From positions 8,127,464 through 8,191,463 of the forward strand of contig NC_081400.1 of NCBI RefSeq assembly GCF_030684315.1: a DNA stretch of 64,000 nucleotides, in the 5' to 3' direction. This document shows, piece by piece, positions 26,490-40,990 of the stretch. The notes beneath the pieces are model-generated. The model had not been told where the DNA came from. It did not search any database and saw only the letters and a program-made list of their open reading frames with translations. A program made the translations under genes and the position numbers. The first letter of the stretch is position 1. Each line of letters starts with the position of its first letter. Source of the stretch: Stegostoma tigrinum (Eukaryota).

Positions 26490-29445
26490 GGTTTAGGCGC
26501 GACAGAAGTACAAGTATGCAAGGAGAGGGAGTTGTCCTTTTGATAAGGAGGACATAACAGTGCTTAAAGGGGATATTCTTATTGCATCATCAAATGAGGA
26601 CATATGATTAGAACTTAGAAACAAGAAGGGGATGGCCACTCTGTTAGAACTGTATTATTGACCTACAAATAGCTAGCGGGTATTAGATGAACAGATATGC
26701 AAACAGATTCCAGATACTTGTGGGAACCAAAGAGTAGTGTTGGCTGGAGTTTTCAATTTCCCCTGTATTGACTGAACTACCCAGAATGTAAAAGGCTCAG
26801 ACAGCGTGGAATTTGTCAAATGAGTCCAATGAAGCTTCTTAAATTGATATAGAACATAGAAAAGTACAGCACAGTACAGGCCCTTCGGCCCACAGTGTTG
26901 TGCCATGGAATAATCCTAATCCAAAACTAAAATAACCTAACCTACATTCCCCTCAATTCACTCCTGTCCATGTGCATGTCCAGCAGTCGCTTAAATGTCA
27001 CTAATGACTCCGCTTCCACGACTACCACTGGTAAACTATTCCATGCACTCACAGAGGACAATGTAGAGGACCATGCCTTGGAAGGTGCAACAGCTGCCCT
27101 CCTGTTAGGAGATGAGTTAGGGGAAGTGACTGAAGTGTCAGTCGGAGAGCACTTTGGCCCAGTGACCTTAACTCTCTTAGCTTTAACATAGTTACGGGAA
27201 TAGTTAGGACAGGACTATAGGTTAATGTGCTAAGCTGGAGCAGGGCCCTTTTTGGGTCCATTAAGCAGGATCTAGCAAATGTCAATTGGGTGAGTCTGCT
27301 TGAAAGACAAGTACAGAATGGCAAATGTGAGGCTTTTAAAATTGTGATATCAAGAGTCCAGGGACAGTATGTCCCTGTTAGTATGTAGGGCAAAGTTGGT
27401 AGGTTTCGAGATCCCTGGCTGACGAGGGATATTGAGACTCTAGTCAGTAATAAGAAGAAGGCATACATTGTGTTCAAGCTATCAGGTTCAAGTGAATTGC
27501 TTGATGGCTGGCAAAAGTATGGGCACACACTCAACAGGACTGGCAGAAGAGGTTGATCTGGCAGATAAGGTTAAAGATAATCTCAAGGTTTTATAGTTAA
27601 ATTAAGAGTAAAAGGGTGTCTAAGGAGAGATTGGGTCCAATTGAAGATAAACATGGTCATCTAAACGTGGAACCACAGAAGATGGGGGAGATTTTTAATG
27701 AATATTTCTCCTTAGTGTTTGCTGAGGAGAGAATCATGGATGCTAAGATAATGAAGGAAACAAGTGAGAATGTTTTGGGCCACACACACGTTAACAGAGA
27801 AGAGATATTTATAGCCTGAAAGCCCTTAAGGTTAATACATTTCCTAGGCCAGATCAAGTGCATTGTTGGACGTTGTGAGAGGCTATGGAAGAAATTGCAG
27901 ATGTCATTGCAGAGATTTTTGCTTCAGTTTTAGCCACCGATTAAGTTCTGGTAGCCTGGAAGTTGGATAATGTTGTTTCATTGTTGAGGAAAGGTAGGAA
28001 AATCATGCCAGGGAATGACAGGCCAATGAGTGGTAGGTAAGTGATTGGAAAGGATACTGAGGGACAGAATCAACCAACGTTTTCAGGTTTAGGGCCTTAT
28101 TAGGGGCAGTCAGTGTGGAATTGTGCCCGGGAAGTCAAGTCTGGCAAATCTTTTAGAATTTCCGAGGATATAACCAGCAGAACGGATGACAGTAGGTCAT
28201 TGGATGTTGTCTATATGGACTTTAGCAAGCCCTTTGGCAAGGTCCCTCACTGCAGGCTGGTCATAAAATTTAAGTTGCGTGGGGTTCAGGGAATGTTAGC
28301 TAATTGCCTTAAAAATGGGCTCGATGGTAAGAAGCAGAGGGTAATGTTTGAAAATCGTTTCTCAGACTGGAGACTTGTGACTACTAGTGTGCCACATTTG
28401 GTGCTGGGACATGTTATTTGTTATTTACATAAATTATCTGGGTGTGAATGTACAAAGCATGCTTAGTAGGTTTGCAGATGATACTGAATTAGAAGATATC
28501 GTTGATTGCGAGGAAGGTTAACAAAGATTATAGAAGAATATTGATCAGGTAAGGAAGTGGGTTGAGGATTGGCAAATGCAATTCAAAACAGATAGGTGTG
28601 AGGTGTTGCATTCTGGAAAGTCAAATCAAAGTAGGGCTTATGCAGTAAATGCATAATTATTCACTAAATGCATTTAATGGTAAGTGTTATGAAAAAGAGG
28701 GATCTAGGAGTACAAGTACATAATTCATTGAACATGGTATCACAGGTGGACAGGGTGGTGAAGAAGGCATTTACTATGTTGGCCTTCATTTGTCAAGGCA
28801 CAGAGTATAGGAGTTATGTTACAGTTGTATAAGTTGTTAGTAAGGTCACGCTTCGAGTATTATCCAAAGAGTCATGGTCATACAGCACAGAAGCAGACCC
28901 TTCGGTCCAGCCAGTCCATGCCGGCCATAATCCCAAATGAAACTTGTCCCATCCGCCTGTGGTTAGCCCATATTCCTCCATACACTTCTTATGCATGTTG
29001 TATTGTGCGCAGTTTTAGTTGCCCTGCTATAGGAATGACATAGTTAAACTGTGTAAAGAACATTTTCAGAAATGTTGCCAGGATTAGTCAGCTTGAGACA
29101 TAGGGAGAAGTTGGGAAAATAAGGGTTGACTTTATTGAAATGTATATAATCATGAGATGCATCGATAAGATGAAGGTAAACAGTCATTTTCCCAGAGATA
29201 GGAGTTGAAGATTAGAGGGCATAGTCTTCAGGTGAGAAGAGATAGATTTAAGAAGGACCTCAATGACAACTTCTGCACACAGAGAGTTATGCATATATGG
29301 AATAGGCTGCGACATAATGTGGGTGATGCATGCACAATAACAACATTTAAAATAAAATCACTTGGATAGGTACATGGATGGGAAGAGTTAAAAGAGACAA
29401 GGACCAAATATGGGCGGCTGGAACTAGCTGATATTGCAAGTAAGT
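26490..29445 (+). mobile_element. Old CR1 LINE (ORF2 remnants) with nested antisense 3' fragments at ~26850-27050 and ~28870-28990
   Basis: VGEHFG, ERLGPIEDKHG and DVVYMDFSKPFGKVPH motifs with many stops. Confidence 0.85.
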
Positions 29446-29719
29446 TATAGAAAGGATGTGTTGCGGGTAGCACTGGCATTACCAGTAAGAGGTCATTTAG
29501 GGTGTCAGAAAAGCATAGGCCAACATACAAAAGAAACATTTTTACTGGCCGAGACTACAATAAGATTGAGTTGAACTTTACCAGACATGTAATACATAAA
29601 AGATCCTTTAATTTGATATAGTAATTTATGGATGAGTGATTTTTTGTCTTATGTGTATAATGTATCAGGAAACGTGTCATTACCAAAGTATTTGTTGACA
29701 GTAAAGGATGTATCAACTA

Positions 29720-31825
29720 GAGTCTAAATCCACATTTGATATGTGGGAGGATTTTAAAGAGAGGTTGATTAGTGTGCAGGACAGACATGTCCCTGCAGAA
29801 ATGAGGGATAGAAAGGGCAAGATTAGGAAACCATCGATGACATGAAATTGTGAGACTAGCAAAGAGGAAAAAGGAAGCAGACATAAGGTCTAGGTGACAG
29901 AAAACAGATGAGCTTTGGAAGAATATAGGGGAAGTAGGACCAATTTGAAATGAGCAATTAAGAGGGCAGAAATTGGTCATGAAATATCTTTAGCAAACAG
30001 GGTTAGGGAAAATCCCAAAGCCTTTTCTTCATACATAAGGAGCAAGAGGGTAACTAGAGAGATGGTTGGCCCACTCCAGGACAAAGGAGGGAAGTTATGG
30101 GAGGAAATGAGTGAGATTCCTAATGAGTACTTTGCATAGATATTCACTGAGGAGAGGGACATGATGGATGTTGATCGATGTTTGATTACTGTAGGTCAAG
30201 TAAGCATAAGGATCGGGGAAGTGCTGGGTATTCTAAAAGGCATTAGGGTCGACAAGTCCCCAGGTCTGGATGGGATCTATCTCAGGTTACTGAGGGAAGT
30301 GAGAGAGGAAATAGCCAGGGCCTTAACAGATATCTTTGCAGCATCTTTGAGCATGGGTGAGGTCCCGGAGGACTGGAAAATTGCTAATGTTGTCTCCTTG
30401 TTTAAGAAGGCTAGCAAGAACAATCCAGGTAATTATAGACTGGTGAGCCTGATGTCAGTGGTGGGGAAGCTGCTGGAGAAGATATTGAGGGATAGGATCA
30501 ATTTACATTTGGAAAAAAATGGGCTTATTACTGATAGACAGCATGGTTTTGTGACGGTAAGTTCATGTCTTACCAACTTGATAAATTTCTTTTGAGGAAC
30601 TGACAAAGTTGGTAGATGAGGGAAGGACTGTGGATGTCATATACATGGACTTCAGGAAGACGTTTGATAAGCTTCCTCATGGTAGGCTGATGGAGAAAAT
30701 GAAGTTGAATGGGATCCAGAGTATACTAGCTAGTTGGATAGAGAACTGGCTGGGCACCAAGGGACAGAGTTGTAGTGGAAGGGAGTTTCTCAAAATGGAG
30801 ACCTGTGACCGGTGGTGTTCCACAGGGATGTGTGCTGGGACCACTGTTGTTTGTGATATATATAAATCATCTGGAGGTAGATATAGATGGTCTGATTAGC
30901 AAGTTTGCAGATGACACTAAGATTGGTGGAGTAGCAGATAGTGAAGAGAACTGTCAGAGAAAATGGAGAATATAGACAGATTGGAGAGTTTGGAGAAATA
31001 GCAGATGGAGTACAATCAAGGCAAATGCCAGGTAATGAATTTTGGAAGATCTAATTCAAGAGCGAACTATGTGGTAATTGTAAAAGCCCTGGGGAAAATT
31101 GATGCACAGAGAGATCAGGGTGTTCAGGTCCATTGTACCCTGAAGGTGGCAACGCAGGTCGATAGTGGTCAAACAGTCATATGGCATGCTTTCCTTCATC
31201 CAACGAGGTATTGAGTACAAGAGTTGGCAGGTCATGTGACAGTTTGTATCGGACTTTGTTCGACCACATTTGGAATACTGTGTACAGTTCTGGTTGCCAC
31301 TTTCTAAAAGAATGCAGATGCTTTGGAGAGGGTACAGAGGATGTTCACCAGGATGTTGCCTGGTATGGAGGGTGCTAACTATGAAGAGAAGTTGAGTAGA
31401 TTAGGATTATTTACATTAGAAAGATGGAGGTTGCGTCAGGACCTGATTGAGGTCTACAAAGCCATGAGAGGTATAGACAGGGTAGATGGCAAGAAGTTTT
31501 TTTTTCCCAGAGTGGGGGACTCAATTACTAGGGGTCACGATTTCAAGGTGAGAGAGGAAAAGTTTCAGGGACATATGCGTGGTAAGTTCTTTACACAGTG
31601 GGTGGTGGATGCCTGGAATGCGTTGCCAGTGGAGGTGGTAGAGGCCAGCACAATAGTGTCATTTAAGAGGTATCTGGACAGATATATGAGTGGGCAGGGA
31701 ACAGAGGGATACAGACCCTTGGAAAATAGGCGACAGGTTAAGATAGAGGATCTGGATCGGTGCTGGCTTGGAGGGCTGAAGGACCTGATTCTGTGCTGTA
31801 ATTTTCGTTGTTCGTTCTTTTTTGC
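29720..31825 (+). mobile_element. CR1 LINE, 5'-truncated
   Basis: [45 protein letters not shown]. Confidence 0.92.
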
Positions 31826-34800
31826 TCTAGAATACCAGAGGCTGTAGCATTACACAGTATCACAGCTAAAAGGATTGTAGAAGAGTTACTCTTTGTATCT
31901 CTGTGAGTGCCTACAGGAAAAAAATCAGATCAAGGATCAAATTTTGCATCAAAATTATTCGGGAAGTTATGGATAGCTTCAGAATAAAACAATTCAAATG
32001 GACTGAGCAACGACCAGAATGTCCAGGAATGCTCGAAAGATGGCATCATAATTTAGAGACTATCTTAAGGGCTTATTGTCAAGTCTATCCCAATAATTGG
32101 GATAAAGAAATTGCTCTTGAACTTTTTGCATTTAGGGATGCACCAAATTAATCAACCAAATTCAGTCCATTTGAATTGTTTTTGTTTCTGCATGAGCTGA
32201 GAGGACAATTGAAATTAATTCAAGAGAAATCGGTGAGTCAGAATTCAGAGACAATATGATTGGACTTTGTGTAAAATTTTCGGGAATGATTAAAGAGGGT
32301 GGGTGAGTTGGTCGGACAGCATTTAAAACTATTACAGCATATGATGAAACGGATCAGAAAAACAATCAAACACTGTTTTGCTTACAGACATAAAGTATTC
32401 ATCTTACTTCCATTTGCAGGTGAACCTTTAAAAGCAAGCTTTAGTGGGCTGTATCAAATCGAAAGGATATTTAGAAAGATGGTCGATTCGATAAAGACTC
32501 CAGATAGAAAGAATTCTGATAGTGTGCAATGTCACGGTACTCAAACAGTATATTGATAGGGAAGGAAAGGAAAAGGAGAATGTGTTACTGTTTATAACAC
32601 AGAGTGATGGACCATCTTCAGAGGATTTTGAACTGGCCCTTCATCAAATTAAGAACAAAAACAAAATTACTGGAAACGTTCAGCAGATCTGGCAACATCT
32701 GTGGAGGAGAAAACAGCTAACATTTTGGGTCCGGTGACCCTTCCTCAGAGCTGAGGAAGTTTCATCAAATTAAATTGGTCAATGAGGAAGTTCTCAAAAA
32801 TTTGGGTAACTATTATCTTAGCTTTCAGAGGGAAATCAAAATGACCAGATTGAGTTATTACTAGCACGTGGGGAGATATGTGAGAATGATTTGAGAAGTA
32901 CTATCTTAACTTTGTATGACATAGCTGTAAGGAATGCTGTTCCAATTAAACAATATCCTCATAAATGTAACCCTCTAATATTCGAAAAGAGGTTGAATGC
33001 CTGCTCCAAGACAACACAATCAAAGTGAGTTGCAGCGACTGGAGCTCACCCATAGTAAATTTACCAAAAGCAGATGATAGCCATTGATTATCTGTAGATT
33101 TTTGCAAAGTGAATGCAGTTGCAAAGTCTGTTCCATATCCGATTCCATGATTAGAAGGCTGTATTGAGAAGTTGGAACAAGCAACTCATATTTCGAAGTT
33201 GGAATTACTCAGAATTTTGCAGGTATCTTTATCCAAAAGATTGAAGACAAGTTCGGTTTTTTTTGTGTGCATTGGATGAGCTTTGGCAATCTGAAGACAT
33301 GCCCTTTTTGGTTTGGAAAATGCACCATCTGATTTCATAGACTAACCAATAAGATCATTTCTAGATTTCCCAATTGTATTATTTACATCGACCTGTGATT
33401 ATTAGTCAGACGTGGAAGAAACATATGCATCGTTTATTAGAATTATTCAATTGACTTTGGGAAGCAGGTTTGGTGATAAACCTGGTGAGGAGTGAATTCG
33501 CCAAAGCCCAAGTCATGTACCTGGCTCATGTTATTGGACATGGACAGAATGTGAAAACAAAGGTAATTGGGGAGTTTCCCATGCCATCACTGAAGACAAC
33601 AGTACTACGTTTTCTGAGATTGAATAGATTTTATTGGAAACTTGCATCGAATTTTAGCAGTGTGTTTTCTCCACTGATAGACATATTGAAGAATTACAGG
33701 AAATTTCACTGGACGACAGACTGTTAGGAGGCATTCAACAGTTTGAAAGCTGTGTGAAGTAGCGCCCCAGTATTATGCAGACGTAATTATGGAAGGCCAT
33801 TCAAAGTGGCTAGCAATGCGAGTGGAGGTGCTGTCTGTAGTGTGCGCTTACTAGAAGTCGACAAGAAGATAGAAAGACCTAACTGATATTACTCCACAAA
33901 ATTGAATATTCATCAATTCAAATATTCCACAATTGAGAAAGAGATCTTGAGCTTGGTTTTGGTGTTACAAAATTACACCATTTATATTGACAGTAATGTG
34001 CCTGAGACAACTGTGTATACTGATCGCAACCAATTAGAGTTTTGGACAAATTTATGGGCACAACTTCCATACTGTTTAGATGGATCTTATTTTTGCAGCC
34101 ATTCAGTTTGACAATCATACATGTGGTAAGATGAAAAAAAAACACAATTGCTGATATTTTGTGGCGATTTGGAATGAAGGAAGATGCAGGAGTAAACGGC
34201 CTCAAACAGAACATAATAGTGAATGCTTGCATGCTTAGCGTCAATGTAATATGCATGAACTGTAATAGTGCTAATAAAATAAGACTCGGGTTTTAAATGA
34301 AACCATTTTTGTAATTTTTTTTGTGTAGTGGGTGTGACGATGCTGTGATTTAAAAAAAAGGCTTATTTTATCCTTTTTTTGATGAGGGTTTGTACAGGCA
34401 AATGCACTAAAGAATCTAGAGAGGATCAGTTTAATGATGGAAGGGGAGCGGACAGTTGCCCCAGATCAGGTTGTCTCTCTATTTTTTTGCTGAAGTAGTC
34501 ACCAGCCGTTTTGAGTCCCGGAGGGTCACATGTTTCAATGAAGGATTCCTCTAACTTTCTCCAAAATCTCTCTTTTGGATGTAATTCCCTCAAACCTGTA
34601 AGAAACTGTGTTTGAATTTATATTTTGTTCAAGGGTTTTTTTTTTAATGGGCTGTTGCTACAATGGAACAGTTAATTAGTTAAGTTGGTGTATTAGGTCC
34701 GTTAGGTTTTCCAGTGGCTGAGCTACTCTAAATTCCAGTTTCTTTTGTTTTTGTTTCAACTGTTGGGTTTAAATAAATTTGTTTTTGCTGAAAACCGAGT

Positions 34801-36299
34801 GGTTCGATCAGTTGCATCACACTTGGAACATGCACTTGACACCTGCATTTTAAAATAAGAAGAAAGTGAGGATTTAGGTTACCTTGTTAAAATATTTTAA
34901 GGATTCCTGGCCTGGCCCATAGGAGTACCATGGCACAAAAACAGAAGTTTCTGGAAATGGTTCAGCAGGTTCAGCAGCTTCTATGAAGAAAAAATCAGTT
35001 AACTTTTCGGGCCTGGTTACACGTTTTCAGAACCAGTTGCAGCAAGGACATGGCAAAACAGTATTTTCAAGCTTCCCTGAAATTCACAACATTCTGACTT
35101 TTATCTTTGGTGTCAACACTTCAAAATAATTGGTTTCACATTCTAAAATTTAGGCCCTGGCAGCACTGAGTATGTTAATATATTCCAAGCACTATAGGGG
35201 CTCTTGAAAGTTGTTCATTACCATTTATTACCAGATAATTGAGGAAGAGGTAACTTAATTTCATTATATATATGCAAAAAAAGAGAGCAAACACCAAAGC
35301 AACATCCACTGTTAAGAAAATAAGAACATTTTAGACTTTTGTAAATTGTTCAACTGATGTGTACTACCCAAATTGAGCACTTACAGAAAAGGAAGAAACA
35401 ATGGAAATTTGACCAATTAAGAGAAATATACTAACAGTGTTTGCATCAGGAAGAAAAAAAACAAAAGAGGCACGTAATCTACAGCTATTCTTGTTTCTCC
35501 TCCTCTAAATGTAAAGAATCTTATGTCCCATCACCTCCAACGCGAAAATCAAATCACATATACTGCTCACGTACAAAGCTATTCACATGCTAGGAATTAA
35601 AGTAAAACTGAAATAAATGTTTCAAGATGTCGGTTAAAAATGACATTCAATGCATAAATGTTGGCACTGATACGATCACTGATGCAACTTTAAGCATCAG
35701 ACTCTTGGTTCTGCATTGCAATTAGTTGCCTCTTCCTTTCTCTCTTACTATTTTTGTTGATATTTTACTTGCTGGTCTCCATATTTCTTTATCAACTTCC
35801 TTTGGTCCAGCAGGACTTTTACTCATGATTGAATCTACTCTTTCCTTTTTCCCCTTAGACAACTTATTAAAAAGAAAAGACAAATTGGTTCAGATTGGAT
35901 TGAATACATGCTAGCTCAGCTATAATGTGTACAACAAGGCACGAAATCTCTACCATATCCAGCTAGAAATCATTTCGGCTAGTATCCTGGTGCATTCAGG
36001 CAACTTATACAACATTGTTAATGGATGCATGTAAACTTTCAGAAACATCGGCCAGGCGAGATAAAGTTTCATTCATTTGAGAAATCTTGATCTTTTCTGG
36101 TGAACATCATGCATTTCAGTGTGGAGTGACACATAACACAACTTCATTTTAAGTTGAGCTTCAGATCAAGAAAGTTTTACATTAGCAAAACTCAGATACA
36201 TATATATGGCATCTCTCTCTCTCCTATTTGCTTCAGTTTATCACATGTACAATTTTACATGTTTGAATGATTTAGTGAGTGCTAGTGTTTTATTGGTTA

Positions 36300-37700
36300 T
36301 GCATAAGAAAATAAGAACTGGAATTGGCCATTGAGGTCATTAGTCTGTTCTGCCATTCCATGGGATCATGGTTGGTCACAGCCGAAATCCATTTGCCTGC
36401 CTTTGGCCCATATCCTTGAATGCCTTTGCAAAAAATAGTGTGAGATCTAAAATTAACAACTGATCTAGCATCTACTACCATTCGTGGAAGACATAACTAC
36501 ACCCTTTTTTATGCAGAAGTGTTTCTTAGCATCAATCATGAACATTCTGGCTGTAGACCCCTGACGATGTCCCAGAGATCTGGAACCCTGAAACAAGTTT
36601 ATCTTTATCTACCCATCGAGTTAAATACATTGAGGGCTTCGACCAGATCATCCCTTACCCTCTCACATTCTCGAGAATGCAGACTTAATTTGTTTAAACT
36701 CTATTTATAACTCTAATCTTGAAGTCTAGGTACCACTCTTGCAAATCTACATTGTCTTTCCTCAAATATCAATATATCCTCCCCAATGTCGAAGTGGATA
36801 ATGTCACACTTGCTCGCATTGCACTGCATGTACCACAGTTTTGCTTATTCATTAAGTCTATTAAATCACTGTAATTTTATACTATTTTTGCACCGTCTAC
36901 AATACACCTAACTTTGTCCATCAATTAATTTGGATATATGGTTTTCTGTGTAATTACCAAATCGTTAATAAATAACGTAAATCATAAAATCCCTAACCCA
37001 GATCCTTGTGAGATACCACTGTTCACATATGTCAAGTTGAATGTGTAACAATTATGCTTATTTACTGTCACTTACCTCAGCGAATTCCCCAGCCAGATCA
37101 TTAATTTGCCCTCAAGGCTACGCACTTTTAATTGGCTAAAAGTGTTTTTTTTTAGAAAAAAATCTGAGATGTTATTAAATGTCATCCTGAAGCCCATATG
37201 AACAATATCTGTAGACATTATCCTGAACACTAACTCAAACATTTCTTGAACATTTTCAATGAGGTCTGAGAGTGAGATACCAGTTTTGGTCCCATGCTGG
37301 CTATTCTGAATAACTGAACAATTTTTTTGTTTGGTTATTGCATCTCTAATTATAGACTCCAATAATTTGCCCATCACAGATGTTCGGCAAACTCATCCGT
37401 AATTTCTTGTATGCTTTTCTCTTTTTCCCTTCACAATAAGCAGAATAACCTGTGCAATTTTGGTTCCAGAGAATGACGTGTGCAATTTTTCATTCCAACG
37501 TGATGACTTCTGTCTCTAAGGAACTCTGAAAATTATACTACAATGTGCTCTGTTATTTCCTTGCACACCCTTGGATGAAGAATAAGAAAACCAGGAGATT
37601 TGTCACTCTTTAATTCCATTAATTTCCTCGTTACCAGCTTTTTACTTCAGTGAGTCTTATTCAGTATCTGTCTGGGATCCATTGTCAATTTCCTCACGCT
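36300..37700 (-). mobile_element. Degraded CR1 LINE
   Basis: ORF 37072-37377 (GKLLESIIRD...SQHG) and a CR1-like 3' end near 36300. Confidence 0.7.
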
Positions 37701-38379
37701 GGAGGCTTATCACAAGCTCCATACTTATGCGAATATCTTTTGCACACTGCGCACTAACAACCAGCATACACATTCATGGTAATATGCATATTCATTCCAC
37801 TAACCTGCATATATGTATATCAATGCTGTCTCTCATCCTACCATTAGAAGAACTCCAAATTATAATTGATAAGTCACCGTTTTAACCATTCATTGGAAGT
37901 AGTGAAGTGCATTGCTACTTTCATACTCAGCTTGCCTGTTGTTTTAATGCCATCAACAATTTCAATTGTTTTATGTATGTCCCATCTGAATTAATCTTCA
38001 ACTGATTAATGTACATCAATGAGTGATAACAAGAATGAATTGTCCATGCATATCCCCTTTTTGTTATGGCTCCAGAAACCTAACCAATAGCCTACTATGT
38101 AGTCATTTGTACTTTTTCCAAATATCTATTATGTGAAATACTCACATAACTCTTGTAAGTCAATAAAATATTGCACATAGTCTTTCCCTTTTATCAATAT
38201 TAGTTATTGGTATTGTAGCATTCCTGTTCAAGAAGACACCCACATTCAGGAGCTATTAAACGTGCAATACAAATCTGTGCCCCAAAATGGATTTACAACC
38301 TCTCCATTAAGATCACTGAAAAAAGTAACAAACTTCATATACCTTCGATATAGCAAAAATATCTTTTAATCAGCCAGTT

Positions 38380-38930
38380 CAGATGAGCTATGAAACACGT
38401 CCGGAACAGGTGAGACTAGAATGTCAGTAAAAATATTACCAATGTCCCAATAAGCCAAAGTAATTGCAAGCTTGATGATTCTGCTGATAACATCAAGGTG
38501 GGTAGGACAATAACTGTCAAAGGTTGTGAGGAATGCAGAAATTAATGTGGTTAGAACGGATAAGTGAAAATAAATTTGACAGATGGAGCATAATGCAAAT
38601 AAAAATGGGAGTGTGTCCACATTGGTAGGACATATCGGAAAGCAATTTAATGGAGGGTGTTTTCAGACTTCAGAGGGATGCATGGTGCTGGTACATAAAT
38701 CAACCGAATTTATTCTGAGGGTTCTGCAAGGCATTGAATAGGCAAATGGATTGTTGATCTTCATTGCAAGTAGCGTGTTGTCCAATAGTACAGACCTTTC
38801 TGTGTAGTTTTACAGGGTATGTGTAAAACACATCTAAAGGACTCTGTCTGGATTTGTTCCCATTATTTATGAAATTATATAATTGAATTGGAAGCAATTC
38901 AGTGAAGGCTCACTTGATTGATTACTTGGG
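38380..38930 (+). mobile_element. Degraded CR1 RT fragment
   Basis: Remnants resembling ADxxKVG and WQMExN of CR1 ORF2. Confidence 0.55.
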
Positions 38931-40218
38931 TGACCTGCTTCTCTGGTCATGGCCATTTGGGCTGCGTCCACTGAGTAAGGGTGATATCATTTTGGTTCGT
39001 CAGTATATTTGAATGTGGGCTTGGGCAAGTAGCTCATTGGTGTGCTCATTAATGATCAATGTGTTTTTCCATGACATTGACTTCTACAGTTTGTATCTTT
39101 ATCTATGTATAAAGGGGCAGTTTATTGTTCCTAATAGAAGAAGAAAAATGGTTCTAATCAGGGCTTAGCCTGTTTTAACTAATACAGTTAGAAGGCAACG
39201 TGTCTGAGTTATGCATCTACATTTAGAATTTTGTTGTTTAAAATAGTGAGAAATTCTTGTTGAGCAAATAGAAATCCTAGCCCATGTGTTTCTTTTCAAA
39301 TTGTGGGCCAAGAAGACAGTTATGTTGGGCAATTCATAACGGATGGTTTCAGATAACAGGGAGGAAAAACAAACTCAACTTAATGTAGCCTACGTACCGT
39401 TAACAAAAGCAGTGAAATGAAACTAATGACAATACATATACGATAACAGAAACCCATCCAAAACACCAAATGCACATTGGCTGTACCACAATGTAGGAAC
39501 ATCATCAAAAAAAGAACAAAAAATGAACAAGCTGCTTCAGGATAATCAAATGTTGAAGTAATTACAGAGTTCAGAACTACAAATCATAACATCCAGTCTT
39601 TCTGAGCATTATGTTTCTTTTAGTGATGAGTTTATGCTGTAGTCTGTCGGGTGAACCGCTTTTTTTTGATTTGATAACTGATTAGGTGAAGTTACATTTG
39701 TCGTAATACGCATATTCATTCCACTAACCTGCATATATGTATATAGTTTTCTTTTTAGCTGTTATTTACATACTGGAAAACGTATTGCATCAAACCACAG
39801 AAACGATTTAAGTACGAAATTGCAGTTTGGTTGGCCAGGCAGCATTTATTGTCCATTTCTAATTGCCCAGAGGACAGTTAAGAGTCACCTACATTGCTGT
39901 GGGTCTGGAGCCACATGTTGGCCAGACCAGGTAAGGATGGTAATTTTCTTCCCTAAAGGGCATTAGTGAACCAGGTGGGTTTTCCAACATTCGGCAATAG
40001 GTTTGTGGTCATCATCAGATTCTTAATTCCAGATATTTAGAACAGCATTCAAATTCCACCATCTACCATGGTGGAATTCAAATGCACACCCCCAGAACAT
40101 TAATTGGGTCTCTGGATTAACAGTCTCTCTGCTTCTACCTCCCCTTAAATTTTTCTCAATACTTGGGATTTTGATATTTTTAAGTGACCTATATAGGAGC
40201 TGAATTTTCACTGGCTAT

Positions 40219-40537
40219 AGAATCCCTGCAGTATTGAAACAGGCCCTTTGGCCCAACAAAGTCCACACTGACCATTAGCACATCCCACCCATACCCAGCC
40301 CCTGTAACTCGCCCGATCTACACATCCCTGAACACTATGGACAATTTCACATGACCAATCTACCTGACCTGCACATCTTTGGACTGTGGGAGGTAACCAA
40401 AACACCCAAAGAAAACCCACGCAGACACGGGGAGAATGTGTAAACTCCACACAGACAGTCACCTGAAGATGGAATTGAACTCAGGTCCCTGACGCTGTGA
40501 GGCAGCATTGATAACCATTGAGCCGCCATGCCACCCA
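40219..40537 (-). mobile_element. HE1/V-SINE-type SINE
   Basis: Same head, V-domain and tail as 17858-18152. Confidence 0.8.
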
Positions 40538-40984
40538 GAAATTTATAGCAGAGAATGGTTTTATGGGCGGCATGCTAGCTCAATGTTGATTCCTCATTTG
40601 GAGGTCTGTGACTCTATTTCCAATTTCTCATCAAAATATCATCTTTAATCCATTAACCACTTGCGATTTTTCCATCATCAACATCAGTGTGATCTTCCTG
40701 TACTATCTAGCACAATCAAATCTCTTGCTCTAGATCTGGAGTCAAATGTGGACCAGACAAGGCAACGAAGGCCATTGTCCTTCTCAAAAGGGGCTTCAAT
40801 GAACCAAGTGAATTCTTATGTCAATCTGCATTAATTACAGAGTAGTACATTGCAAACTGCCACGAAGGGATTCGATCTCATGCCCTCAGACAATTAGCCT
40901 CGAATCTTGGATCACTAATTCTGTGACATTATCACGAGATCACTACTATTTCCATATTTAATTAAATTGTAATTCAATTCAGGA

Positions 40985-40990
40985 TTTATT
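40985..40990 (-). promoter_or_regulatory. Putative polyadenylation signal AATAAA of copy B
   Basis: About 260 nt past the stop. Plus-strand context ttcaggatttatt matches ttcaggctttatt at 5851-5863, downstream of the copy A stop. Confidence 0.55.

Larger units (their letters stand above)
24500..34930 (+). mobile_element. Decayed Gypsy LTR retrotransposon with integrase upstream of RT (Gmr1-like order), split by nested CR1 insertions
   Basis: Zinc knuckle ~25487-25535. Integrase ERWHHNLETILRAYC...FAFRDAPN (31903-32151). RT WSSPIV/YPIP ~33000-33730. RNase H YSTIEKE...VYTD (33902-34111). LTR-like tail ~34330-34930. Boundaries are approximate. Confidence 0.75.

Noticed and set aside
35722-35862. 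Possible ITIM-less alternative last exon (LSKGKKERVDSIMSK...GRGN*), phase 0, minus strand
   Set aside because: Weak AAG acceptor, lies beyond the predicted poly(A) signal, and no counterpart was seen in copy A. It would need cDNA evidence.
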